This document shows positions 14,733-23,124 of a DNA stretch of 44,943 nucleotides, piece by piece (within the stretch, counting starts at the first letter, position 1; each line of letters starts with the position of its first letter). The translations under genes and the position numbers were made by a program. Source of the stretch: a virus (lineage: Duplodnaviria; Caudoviricetes); the IMG/VR virus record IMGVR_UViG_3300024186_000074, positions 1-44,943 of that record; one strand, 5' to 3'. The notes under the pieces were generated by a model. It made no database searches. It saw only the letters and a list, made by a program, of their open reading frames with translations, and was not told the DNA's origin.

Positions 14733-16997
14733 ATGCTTGCATACACTCTCCTGCTACTTGTTCCGCTCTTGCCCTTGGGGGGTGTGTTTGTGGCTCGGGC
14801 TATCATCCAGAATGACCTGGATAAGCGTAAGACGTACCGCGTGTACTTCCCCACGGATGTCGAACCGGAAGCGGTAGCCGGTTGGCTCCGCACCCTCTCT
14901 GGCACGCTCCGCCCTGAGTCGGCCGTACTGCGGCTGATGCAGGTCTGCCCGAGCATCGTGCTTGAGACCATCTCCATAGAAGGCCTGTTCGTCCACCGGC
15001 TCAAGATTCCCCACCAGTACGAGTCACGCATCCGGCCGCCGCTCGAGCACTTGGTGCCGGGCATCAGCTTGGTACCCGAAGACAACAAGCTGCAGTTCAA
15101 GTGGAAGTACGCCGTAGAGATGGGGATGCGGGGCGCGCACCGGCCGCTCAACATCCCCGACCTCTACCACAAGAGCCACGACTTACTGGCTCGGTTCCAG
15201 CACTTGGCTACCGGCGAAGCGCTCATCATGCAGTGGGTCATCTCGCCGGCCATGCCCGAACGCAAGCCGGTACATGGCGAGTCACAGAGCCTGGAGGGCG
15301 GCGCCTGGTCGTACCTGACCGGCGCACCCGCCGGCCACGATGAAATCAACGCCCGGCGTGACAAGCTCGACGACAACAACCTGAACGCCATCGTGCGCAT
15401 CGGCGCCCAGGCCGGTACCAAGGCCAGGGCACGGCACATGGTGATGGACGTCAAGTCAAGCATCAAGGCTACGGCCGGGTCACAGCAGCACTTCTACGAC
15501 CGCATGGTTGGTTGGGAGGAGCTGCAGCGGCGGATAGACCGGGCGACTAACCCAGCCATGCGGCACATCCGGCTGACCGTAACCGAGATGACCGCGCTCA
15601 TGGGCTGGCGCCTTGGTGATGTGGATATAGCCGGTATGCCGGCACCGCTAGCCCGGCGGTTGGCGGCACCGCGGAGCGTCCTGGATGCAGGACGGGTAAT
15701 CGGGGTGTCTAACTTCTCTGGCCGCGAGCGGAACATCGCCATCGGCCACATGGAGACCCGCTACCACACCTACGTCATCGGACCAACCGGCTTCGGTAAG
15801 ACGACCGAGCTCTACAACATGATGTTCCAGGACATCCGTGACGGGCACGGCATCTTCATGCTGGAGAGCAAGGGCGGCCACGAAGGCTTGTACCAGATGG
15901 CTCTTAACGCCATACCGCCCGAGCGTATCAACGACGTCATCCTGCTCGACCTGACGGACTTCTACCACCCCATCGGGCTCAACGTGCTCGACCAGCTGCA
16001 TGTCTCCATCGACGAACTGGTGGGCGTCCTTAAGGGTCCGCACGGCAGCGGGCCATGGATAGACATGGTATTGCCCGGCGGCATCCGCACGGCACAGGCA
16101 GCCGGACTGACCATCATGGACGTACCGCACCTGCTCATGCCCACCTCTGACGAAGTTACCTGGCGGGACGCCATTGTCCGTAGCCTCAAGAGCGAAGACC
16201 TACGGGCGTTCTGGCAGCGCATCGACAAGGAAGGGAAGTACGGCGGGGAAAAGGTAAGCCAGTCGGCATGGGACAGGCTCCAGCTGCTGGCTAACCGGCC
16301 GGAAATCGGCCACATCCTCGGGCAGGCTAAGTCGTCCTTCAACATGGACGATGTGGTCAGCGGTAAGAAGATACTGCTGGCCAACCTTTCCGGCGTACCC
16401 AAGCAAAGTGCCTCGATGATGGGCACGCTGCTCTTCAACCTCATGACCCAGTCGTTACGCCGGGTGCCGCCGGAAGCTAACCGCTCCATGATGGTCTACC
16501 TGGACGAGTTCCAGCACTTCATGGATATGTCGGTAGACATGCCCGAGATGTTGTCCGAGGTGCGCTCACGCGGCGCGTCGCTCACCATGGCGCACCAGTA
16601 CCTCGGGCAGCTGGACAAGCCGGTAGAGGAGGCCGTCATGGCTAACGCCGGCACCAAGATAGCTTTCCAGCTGAACGCCAGTGACGCCCGCATCATGGCA
16701 GCAAACATCGGGAAGCCGCTGACACCCGAAGACCTGCAGCGGCAAGGCAGGTTCGAGGCCATCGCGAGTGTCTACACGCCGCACGGTAAGAGCGGCCCGC
16801 TAACCATGAACACCCTGGCGCCGACCCAGGGATATGGCTTGGGCATCCACGTGGTTGAGGCGTCCCGCGCCAAGTATGGCCGTCCTATCGAGCAAGTGCA
16901 GGAAGCGATGAAGCAACGGCGCATCGCTGACGTAGTACCCATCCGTAAGCGCCCCATCCGCAAGCTTGAGGACTTCGGTGAGGCAAACAACCAGTAA
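14733..16997 (+). CDS. Type IV coupling protein-like ATPase (VirD4/TraG/TraM-recognition, HerA-FtsK superfamily)
   Basis: N-terminal TM helix, Walker A HTYVIGPTGFGKT, Walker B YLDEFQHF, LSEVRSRG..LTMAHQYLGQL...NAGTKIAF. Confidence 0.85.
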   Translation: MLAYTLLLLVPLLPLGGVFVARAIIQNDLDKRKTYRVYFPTDVEPEAVAGWLRTLSGTLRPESAVLRLMQVCPSIVLETISIEGLFVHRLKIPHQYESRIRPPLEHLVPGISLVPEDNKLQFKWKYAVEMGMRGAHRPLNIPDLYHKSHDLLARFQHLATGEALIMQWVISPAMPERKPVHGESQSLEGGAWSYLTGAPAGHDEINARRDKLDDNNLNAIVRIGAQAGTKARARHMVMDVKSSIKATAGSQQHFYDRMVGWEELQRRIDRATNPAMRHIRLTVTEMTALMGWRLGDVDIAGMPAPLARRLAAPRSVLDAGRVIGVSNFSGRERNIAIGHMETRYHTYVIGPTGFGKTTELYNMMFQDIRDGHGIFMLESKGGHEGLYQMALNAIPPERINDVILLDLTDFYHPIGLNVLDQLHVSIDELVGVLKGPHGSGPWIDMVLPGGIRTAQAAGLTIMDVPHLLMPTSDEVTWRDAIVRSLKSEDLRAFWQRIDKEGKYGGEKVSQSAWDRLQLLANRPEIGHILGQAKSSFNMDDVVSGKKILLANLSGVPKQSASMMGTLLFNLMTQSLRRVPPEANRSMMVYLDEFQHFMDMSVDMPEMLSEVRSRGASLTMAHQYLGQLDKPVEEAVMANAGTKIAFQLNASDARIMAANIGKPLTPEDLQRQGRFEAIASVYTPHGKSGPLTMNTLAPTQGYGLGIHVVEASRAKYGRPIEQVQEAMKQRRIADVVPIRKRPIRKLEDFGEANNQ

Positions 16998-17002
16998 GGA
17001 GC

Positions 17003-17434
17003 GTGGTGGCCGTGGCTACCGGTGTCATCAGTGACCTGTCGGGCAGGCTCGTCCAAGAGCGCGTCCGCCTGGTCGTAAAGCAGCACCCCGACCTCGAACA
17101 AGCCGTGGTGCTGGACATGGATGAGTCTGAGGCTGACGGCATCAAGGGTTCGGCCGGCAACTTCGTCGTGGTGGAGCTGGTGCGCGACGGCGAGGCACCC
17201 GTATCCATGGTGCTCGAGCTCAAGGCGTTCAACGGGCTGTTCAAGGGCGACCCCATCGACGCCTTGGAGTCGGCGCCCAAGGCTAACGGCCTGTTGAGTG
17301 GGGCGGCCAAGCGCGACCCCAACTATCTCCAGGCTGTGAGGGAGTGGGGACGCGCTAATGGGTGGCCAGAACTGAGCGATAGGGGAAGGGTTCCGGCCGC
17401 AGTGGAGAAGGCGTATGGACAAGCAGTCGCCTAA
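17003..17434 (+). CDS. lsr2: Lsr2-family nucleoid-associated protein, paralogue B
   Basis: C-terminal AVREWGRANGWPELSDRGRVPAAVEKAY carries the RGR AT-hook; AAGGAG RBS. Confidence 0.8.
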   Translation: MVAVATGVISDLSGRLVQERVRLVVKQHPDLEQAVVLDMDESEADGIKGSAGNFVVVELVRDGEAPVSMVLELKAFNGLFKGDPIDALESAPKANGLLSGAAKRDPNYLQAVREWGRANGWPELSDRGRVPAAVEKAYGQAVA

Positions 17435-17561
17435 CCAGCAAACATGCACCATTTACCACGCACAACGGCGGCCCGGCGGTGAGTGGTCGTGCTGTCGCTG
17501 TCGGAAGGACTTCAAGACTAAGGACGACCTTAGGTCTCACGTGTGGGCGACTTTCAATTGA
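17415..17561 (+). CDS. C2H2-like zinc-finger microprotein 1 (48 aa)
   Basis: GGAGAAGG RBS; CCRCRKDFKTKDDLRSH. Confidence 0.55.
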   Translation: MDKQSPNQQTCTIYHAQRRPGGEWSCCRCRKDFKTKDDLRSHVWATFN

Positions 17562-17576
17562 CGGGAGGTGAGTACC

Positions 17577-17741
17577 TTGCCACTGCCTTGGTTCCTGGAC
17601 AAGAAGACGAGCCACAAGCGTGGCTGTCGTAGGAGCGACGGGACGTTCGTAAAGTCGATGGGACGTTGGCACTGCTCGAACTGCAAGCGGCAGTTTGGCA
17701 GCCAGCGGTCGTGGTTCAACCACACTATCAGCATCTTCTAA
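17577..17741 (+). CDS. C2H2-like zinc-finger microprotein 2 (54 aa)
   Basis: GGGAGGTG RBS with TTG start; CSNCKRQFGSQRSWFNH. Confidence 0.6.
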   Translation: MPLPWFLDKKTSHKRGCRRSDGTFVKSMGRWHCSNCKRQFGSQRSWFNHTISIF

Positions 17742-17769
17742 GCCGCCGTAGAAGCCATCTGAGACGTTT

Positions 17770-17801
17770 GAGGCACCCAGGTCGGGTGCCTCTTCGTTTT
17801 T
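17770..17801 (+). terminator. Intrinsic terminator ending the coupling-protein/Lsr2 operon
   Basis: GAGGCACCC-loop-GGGTGCCTC followed by TTCGTTTT. Confidence 0.75.
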
Positions 17802-17836
17802 GTGGCTAAAGCCGACCACGCGGCTTCCTGGAGCGT

Positions 17837-17965
17837 CTAGTTGCGTTGTACTAGGCCTAGCACGATGCACAGACCGCCCACGACTAGCAGGCTCATCACG
17901 ACACTCCATCCGACGAGGCCAATGAATATGGCCACCGCTACCAGGGCCACACCTAGGAGTAGCAT
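17837..17965 (-). CDS. Small membrane protein of the lysis cassette (42 aa)
   Basis: MLLLGVALVAVAIFIGLVGWSVVMSLLVVGGLCIVLGLVQRN; GGGAG RBS. Confidence 0.6.
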   Translation of the reverse strand: MLLLGVALVAVAIFIGLVGWSVVMSLLVVGGLCIVLGLVQRN

Positions 17966-17966
17966 G

Positions 17967-18131
17967 TCAGGCTCCCTGGTTCTTGGCCTGGTAAACGCCA
18001 AGGGCGGTCAGTACTGATACTGCCATCTGTACCTTGGGGTTGGTGCCATAAAACTGCAGTAGTACCGTTGCAACTGCGCCTAGCAGGGCGACCCAAAGCT
18101 TATTGTATTTGAATAGTTTGCTTAGGTTCAT
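17967..18131 (-). CDS. Putative holin (54 aa)
   Basis: YNKLWVALLGAV...LTALGVYQAKN with two TM segments; AAGGAG RBS; directly downstream of the endolysin. Confidence 0.7.
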   Translation of the reverse strand: MNLSKLFKYNKLWVALLGAVATVLLQFYGTNPKVQMAVSVLTALGVYQAKNQGA

Positions 18132-18139
18132 AGAACTCC

Positions 18140-18931
18140 TTACTTATTAGCTATCTTCTGCCAGAACCCGTTCCATATTTCCCCGAAGGTATAGTCCTTA
18201 ATGGGAGTACGGACGGTCTTAGTAATTACTTGGGGCTCGGGCGCTGGCTTGTCCTGCGCTTCCTTGAGTTCGGCGGTGAGGTCCGCAATCTCCTGTTGCC
18301 AGTTCTCGGCTACGGCCTGTTGGCCCACGGCCTGCCAGTTTGAGACAATGTCTGCCTCTGGGTCGTCTTCGCAGTACTCGACAAAGGTCAGGAATTCCTT
18401 GCCGACAAAGCTGACGAAAGTATCCCTGTCCAGCTCCCTGCCTCGTGTAGCCCGGTAAGTGATGTTGCACCGGTTGTACCAGTTAGTTGCGTCTTCTATC
18501 TTTACCACGTCGTCCTCCTGTGGCTGTGCCACTCTTACGTTTGCGATGTCCTCGCTCCATCCGAGGTAGGTCAGCGGGTACTTACCATTACTGCTGTAAA
18601 TCCGCTCCAGTTCGGCTCTAGATGGCAGGATGGCCTGTGTTGTCCCGGCCTTATACGGCGAAGAGAGAATGGTGCCGTCACCTAACGACGACGCGACGTG
18701 CCCGTCGTTATTCCCGTTGTTTGCGGGGTTGAGATAGTCCCACCACATCAATACCGCAACACCGTCTGGCGGTTCTTCGCCCGGATGCCTGTATTGAGCC
18801 GCATCCCATGCGGCACGTGCCGTTGGGTAGATGTGGGGCGCTCCCCAGACATCATCTTGCTTCGCCAGGCAGTAGCCGACTCTACCGGTGCCAGTGTCGA
18901 GATTGGGTTGGACTAATTGCTGATAGCTCAT
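18140..18931 (-). CDS. Endolysin, Cys/His (CHAP/NlpC-like) peptidase
   Basis: GYCL...ARAAW...GHVA...YLGWSED; flanked by membrane proteins. Confidence 0.75.
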   Translation of the reverse strand: MSYQQLVQPNLDTGTGRVGYCLAKQDDVWGAPHIYPTARAAWDAAQYRHPGEEPPDGVAVLMWWDYLNPANNGNNDGHVASSLGDGTILSSPYKAGTTQAILPSRAELERIYSSNGKYPLTYLGWSEDIANVRVAQPQEDDVVKIEDATNWYNRCNITYRATRGRELDRDTFVSFVGKEFLTFVEYCEDDPEADIVSNWQAVGQQAVAENWQQEIADLTAELKEAQDKPAPEPQVITKTVRTPIKDYTFGEIWNGFWQKIANK

Positions 18932-18936
18932 ATACC

Positions 18937-19302
18937 CTAGACTTGTTTGCTTTCCGTCACGGTCTGATGTTCGACCTTTTGTACGTCGATATGTTGCATC
19001 CCGACGGCGGCGATAATGTCTTTTGTCGCCTTTTCCGCGAGTACACGCGTGTTCTCATTCGACTGCATGACTAGTTCGGCTAGGTGGCCGTTGCGCTGTT
19101 TGGCTTCGTCTGCGCTACGCACTGTGGCTTCTGCCACCCTGTTACTGTTCTTCGCCATGAGAGCGATAGCTTGGGAGAGTTCCTTACGTCCTTTGCGGTC
19201 GGCGTCACGGTCTCTGGTGGCCTGGCCAAGCATAATCTTGGCAATGGCCAGAAAGGCAAGTACTACCGTGACGAATGCTCCAACCACCGTTGAGTCGCTC
19301 AT
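18937..19302 (-). CDS. Single-pass membrane protein with coiled coil (lysis-associated)
   Basis: N-terminal TM helix; directly upstream of the endolysin. Confidence 0.6.
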   Translation of the reverse strand: MSDSTVVGAFVTVVLAFLAIAKIMLGQATRDRDADRKGRKELSQAIALMAKNSNRVAEATVRSADEAKQRNGHLAELVMQSNENTRVLAEKATKDIIAAVGMQHIDVQKVEHQTVTESKQV

Positions 19303-19308
19303 GACGTC

Positions 19309-19509
19309 CTAGGCTTTGCCGGCCTTCTTCATCTTCTTCAGCACGGCACCAGCTACACGTTCGCCAGCCTCCTCGGAACCGTATTCAGCGGCGGCCTTGT
19401 TGGCAACGACGTTGAAACCCGTAGTCTTCCCGTTGTTCTTCTTGCCGACGTCACCCTTCTTGGTTGCGAGTGCGACGGCAGCTTTCTTTGCAAAGTTTAC
19501 CTTGGCCAT
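19309..19509 (-). CDS. Small basic Lys/Ala-rich protein
   Basis: GAGGA RBS; start MAKVNFAKKAA. Confidence 0.65.
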   Translation of the reverse strand: MAKVNFAKKAAVALATKKGDVGKKNNGKTTGFNVVANKAAAEYGSEEAGERVAGAVLKKMKKAGKA

Positions 19510-19523
19510 GGATGTGTCCTCAT

Positions 19524-19577
19524 AATTAAAGCCCCAGCAGCGAAGCCACTGGGACTGTTTATGCAGGCATAATAGCA
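19524..19577 (-). promoter_or_regulatory. Extended -10 promoter (TGcTATTAT) followed by hairpin and U-rich run (leader copy E)
   Basis: AGTCCCAG..TTCG..CTGGGGCT-TTAATT. Confidence 0.55.
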
Positions 19578-19580
19578 AAG

Positions 19581-21617
19581 TTACTTGACCGCATCAAGGA
19601 TACTCTTACGCTGGGCACTGGGCTTGCTCTTCGGCACCTTGAAGTGGTTTTCCTTGTATATGGAAGACCAAATCTTGTCCTTGATGCCGGTGATGGTCTT
19701 CGACTTCTCATCGTTCGACAGCTTGTCGATATGGCTCTTTTGAGAGGCTAAGGCATCATCGTAGCGACGGTTGAACTCCTTCAGTGCGGCGTTGAACTTG
19801 TCGTTGCCGACCTTCTGTTGGAACGCTACCTGCGTGCTACTCAGGTTCTGCTGCGCCGTCTTGTTGCTTTTGCCGTAGGTGTTGGCCGAAACACCGAACG
19901 CGTCAGCCAGGACGGCAGCCAGGACGTTGGCTGAGTGCGGGTCACTCTTGAGTTCCTGGTAGTTCTTGAAACCCAGTGGAGTGACTAGACCGCCAGCTTC
20001 GTTCTTGGCAGAGAACTTGTTGCCGGCATGGTCTTGGCCCTTCAGTTTGTCGATGACGACGCCACCTACGGGTGAGGTCTTGTTGGCCAAGAAGTTGACC
20101 AGTACGTCCAGGCCGGTCTGTGAACCGTACTCGCCACTGTTCAACTTCGTTATGACGCCAGTCGTAGCGCTCTTGGTGCTCCAGGTCTTCAGCTGAGCGG
20201 CTAGCTCGACTATGGAACCCATGCCGCCGGTGACGTCAAACCGGGTGTCACCAATCTTAATCTTGCCGAAGTTCGAGCTGCGCGGGTCGAAATCCACACT
20301 GCCGGGCTTGAGCTGGTCAGCTAAGGCCAGTACACCGGCGGTGCCAACGACTATCTTTGCGATGTTGATGGCGGCTTTGCGCTGGGCCGCGGACGCGATG
20401 CTAGCGCCTTCCTTGCGTCGTATAAAGTCTGCTGTGCCACCTACACCGGAACCAAGCGGATGCAGCAGTAGTGTATCGAGGTTCGACTTCAGGAAGCGTG
20501 CTGAGTACATGGCTACGTTCAGCGGACCGGCTATAGTGTCATAGCGGCCGAAGCTACCCCGTCCGGTCAGTGAGTTCACCATCCGTGCCATGTTCTGCCC
20601 ATACTCCTTGGGCACAGCACCGTCTAGTTCTCTGGCCATCGCCATCTGCTTCTTGTAGATGGCTAGGCGTAGGTTTTCAGCAAACGCGTTGTACGCGACT
20701 TCTGATGCACCGAACAGCCTGCCCGCCAGCGGAATCTTCTCCGGTAGTGAGGTCGGAAAAGCGTCTTCGTTTCCCTTCAGCGCCAGACCGTCCTTGATAG
20801 CTTGGTCGTAATGTGGGTCGGCCATGAGGTGTGCTGTAAGGTCGCGCTTGGCCTGGTCGGTGTTCTTGAACCCGCGGACGATGTTCCTGAAGCTCTCGAG
20901 GAACTGCTTGCGCCAGATACCATTCTCCGTCCAGAACGCCTTTAGGCCCTGGCGTAGCGCGAAGCTGTCGTCTAGAGACGCGCCGATTGACTTGGTAGTG
21001 TCGACAATCGCCTTACTAACCGCAGGTACGGCCTGTAGTGCGGTCTTGCCCCTAAGGTCTGCGAAGCGGAACTTGCCAGCATCATTCTTGAGTGTGTTGA
21101 TGTGCTCGTGGAAGTCATGCCGGGCGTAGCCGTACGCTAGGTCGTTCGCGGTAGGTGTATATCCCTTCTTTAGCGCGTCCTCCTTAGAAGTTCGGGGCAG
21201 CGCTTCAGCTTCTTGTACACCCTTACTCAGTTCGGCAATCCGCGCAGCTTCCTCGGCACTCACGTCCACGCCCAACTTGGTACTGGCTAAGTCCTTAAGG
21301 AACGACTTCTCCTCCTCCGGACTGAGCACATGGTCTAGTTTGGCTATCTTGGCCTCTAGTGTGCGGCGTATCTCTGGCTTCATGTTGGCGGTACGCTTCA
21401 TCCACGTCAGGAAGCCTTGCTGCTGGTTCTTGAGTAGCAACTTCTCCTCGAAGTTGGCATTGATAAACTTCGCGTTGCCCTCACCAAGCACCTGGGAGAA
21501 GAGTGCGTGACGCTCTTCGCTGGTCATCGTCGCCAGACGGTTAGGGTTCAATTTACCGCTAACCAGGTTGGCCTTAAAGGCGTCCACTAGTTTCGGGGGT
21601 AGGCAGACGTTTAGCAT
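19581..21617 (-). CDS. Large helical internal virion / ejection protein
   Basis: 678 aa, helical, last gene of the virion block; DPRSSNFGKIKIGDTRFD motif. Confidence 0.55.
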   Translation of the reverse strand: MLNVCLPPKLVDAFKANLVSGKLNPNRLATMTSEERHALFSQVLGEGNAKFINANFEEKLLLKNQQQGFLTWMKRTANMKPEIRRTLEAKIAKLDHVLSPEEEKSFLKDLASTKLGVDVSAEEAARIAELSKGVQEAEALPRTSKEDALKKGYTPTANDLAYGYARHDFHEHINTLKNDAGKFRFADLRGKTALQAVPAVSKAIVDTTKSIGASLDDSFALRQGLKAFWTENGIWRKQFLESFRNIVRGFKNTDQAKRDLTAHLMADPHYDQAIKDGLALKGNEDAFPTSLPEKIPLAGRLFGASEVAYNAFAENLRLAIYKKQMAMARELDGAVPKEYGQNMARMVNSLTGRGSFGRYDTIAGPLNVAMYSARFLKSNLDTLLLHPLGSGVGGTADFIRRKEGASIASAAQRKAAINIAKIVVGTAGVLALADQLKPGSVDFDPRSSNFGKIKIGDTRFDVTGGMGSIVELAAQLKTWSTKSATTGVITKLNSGEYGSQTGLDVLVNFLANKTSPVGGVVIDKLKGQDHAGNKFSAKNEAGGLVTPLGFKNYQELKSDPHSANVLAAVLADAFGVSANTYGKSNKTAQQNLSSTQVAFQQKVGNDKFNAALKEFNRRYDDALASQKSHIDKLSNDEKSKTITGIKDKIWSSIYKENHFKVPKSKPSAQRKSILDAVK

Positions 21618-23119
21618 TTTAGGCCCTCTATGAAGCTGTCGACCGTCTCCCGCGTGACCTTTGGCTTGGCGGCCTTGATAGCCCGCACCTCGTCCTGCGT
21701 GGCCTTGGCTACCGGTTTGCCCAACCGCTTCTCTACGGCCGCCCTACGGGCCTCTGAGACGGCGCGGATGCCGCTGACGGCTGAGTGCGGTGCGTGTTCG
21801 GTCAGCATAGAGATGCGTTGCCCCATGCCGGTTGCCTCGCTCGTCAGGCTTGACTCGGTGGCTAGCCGGCGCAGCAGGTCTACGTCGCCGGTCTTCTGGG
21901 CCTGGTGCGACACGGCTATGAACGCGCTCTCTGGCAACAAGCCTTCTGGTGGGTGCTCCTGGCCCATGGCTATACGCACGGCTTTGTCCGGGTCGGTCTG
22001 AAGCAGGTTCACGGCGGCCTTGAGCTGGTCGGCCTTGTTGACGTTGGCATACTCGGGTTTGCCCTCGAAACCGTCAGCCAGACCCTTCTTAATGGCGGCC
22101 TTCTCGACGTTCAACGCCAGTTTGGAGGTCTTAATCTCGGGAGTGTCCGTAGGTTGCACATGGTCGTCTATCGGAACGTTCGTGACTGGCTTGCCGGGCT
22201 TGGGATTGTATTCGGTCTGCTGGCGGTTGGAGACTTTGGGTACAGGTTCAGGCGGCCTCTTAGCCTCAGACTCAGCTAGGACATTAGCGGGTACGGAGTT
22301 CACGGTCGGTTTAGGCTCCGCAACTGGTTCTGGGGTCGTACTACGTACCTTGTCCAGCATGTGGTTCTGCTTAGCAGTCTGCAAGGCTTCTCTAGCCCCT
22401 GTAGCGGATGCTCCTTCGACAGCTCCATGCAGGAGAGGGGCAAAGCCACCAACTACGCCCCCCAACAACGTGTTTTTAGCTATCTCACCGCCCCTGTCCT
22501 TAGTAAGGTTTCCCTGGATTGCCTCATTTGCTACGGTCGTTCCACCGGCTACAGCGGCGTTGGTAACCGCCCCGCCGGCAACTTTCCCAAATAGGCTCGC
22601 TCCTTCAGCGGCCTTACCAACCGGCAAGACTAGTGGTGCTATGTCAGTAATCGCTTGGGTAGCTGGCTTGATAAGGCTAGTTCCACCCTTCTCCGCTTGC
22701 TTGGGTGTAAGGTATGCGCCCTTACCGCCTGCACCCTTAGTAAGCAGGCTGTTCATCTCCTCCTGGGTACCTTTCAGAGTTTCCTTAGCACCCTTCTTGT
22801 TACCGGTGGCAGCTTGCACGCCGGCGGTACCCAGACCAACTACGCCAGCCGTACCCGCGCCTACAGTGTTGACTGCCTTCTCACCGGTGGTTACGACCGG
22901 CTTGACTACTAGGTCGTTAACGCCTTTTACAACTTTGCCCAGAAGACTCGTCTTTGGGTTAGCTTTGGGAGTGGAATCGCCGGCGTCCGTGGTCGCCTGC
23001 TTTGCCGGCCTGGGGGCGTCTACCGGGCCAGTAGAAGCGGTCCACCGCTGAATCTGACCTCCCGAGCCGGATTGCGCGGGTGCCGAGGCTTTAGCGGGAC
23101 CCCAGGCTGCTATAGGCAT
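21611..23119 (-). CDS. Putative internal virion / ejection protein
   Basis: Gly/Ala-rich amphipathic segments; position typical of podovirus ejection genes. Confidence 0.55.
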   Translation of the reverse strand: MPIAAWGPAKASAPAQSGSGGQIQRWTASTGPVDAPRPAKQATTDAGDSTPKANPKTSLLGKVVKGVNDLVVKPVVTTGEKAVNTVGAGTAGVVGLGTAGVQAATGNKKGAKETLKGTQEEMNSLLTKGAGGKGAYLTPKQAEKGGTSLIKPATQAITDIAPLVLPVGKAAEGASLFGKVAGGAVTNAAVAGGTTVANEAIQGNLTKDRGGEIAKNTLLGGVVGGFAPLLHGAVEGASATGAREALQTAKQNHMLDKVRSTTPEPVAEPKPTVNSVPANVLAESEAKRPPEPVPKVSNRQQTEYNPKPGKPVTNVPIDDHVQPTDTPEIKTSKLALNVEKAAIKKGLADGFEGKPEYANVNKADQLKAAVNLLQTDPDKAVRIAMGQEHPPEGLLPESAFIAVSHQAQKTGDVDLLRRLATESSLTSEATGMGQRISMLTEHAPHSAVSGIRAVSEARRAAVEKRLGKPVAKATQDEVRAIKAAKPKVTRETVDSFIEGLKC

Positions 23120-23124
23120 AATGG

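Noticed and set aside
22020-23051. 343-aa plus-strand ORF, and similar antisense ORFs such as 31831-32622 and 35996-36673
   Set aside because: These are antisense shadows of real minus-strand genes, with no RBS or recognisable motifs.
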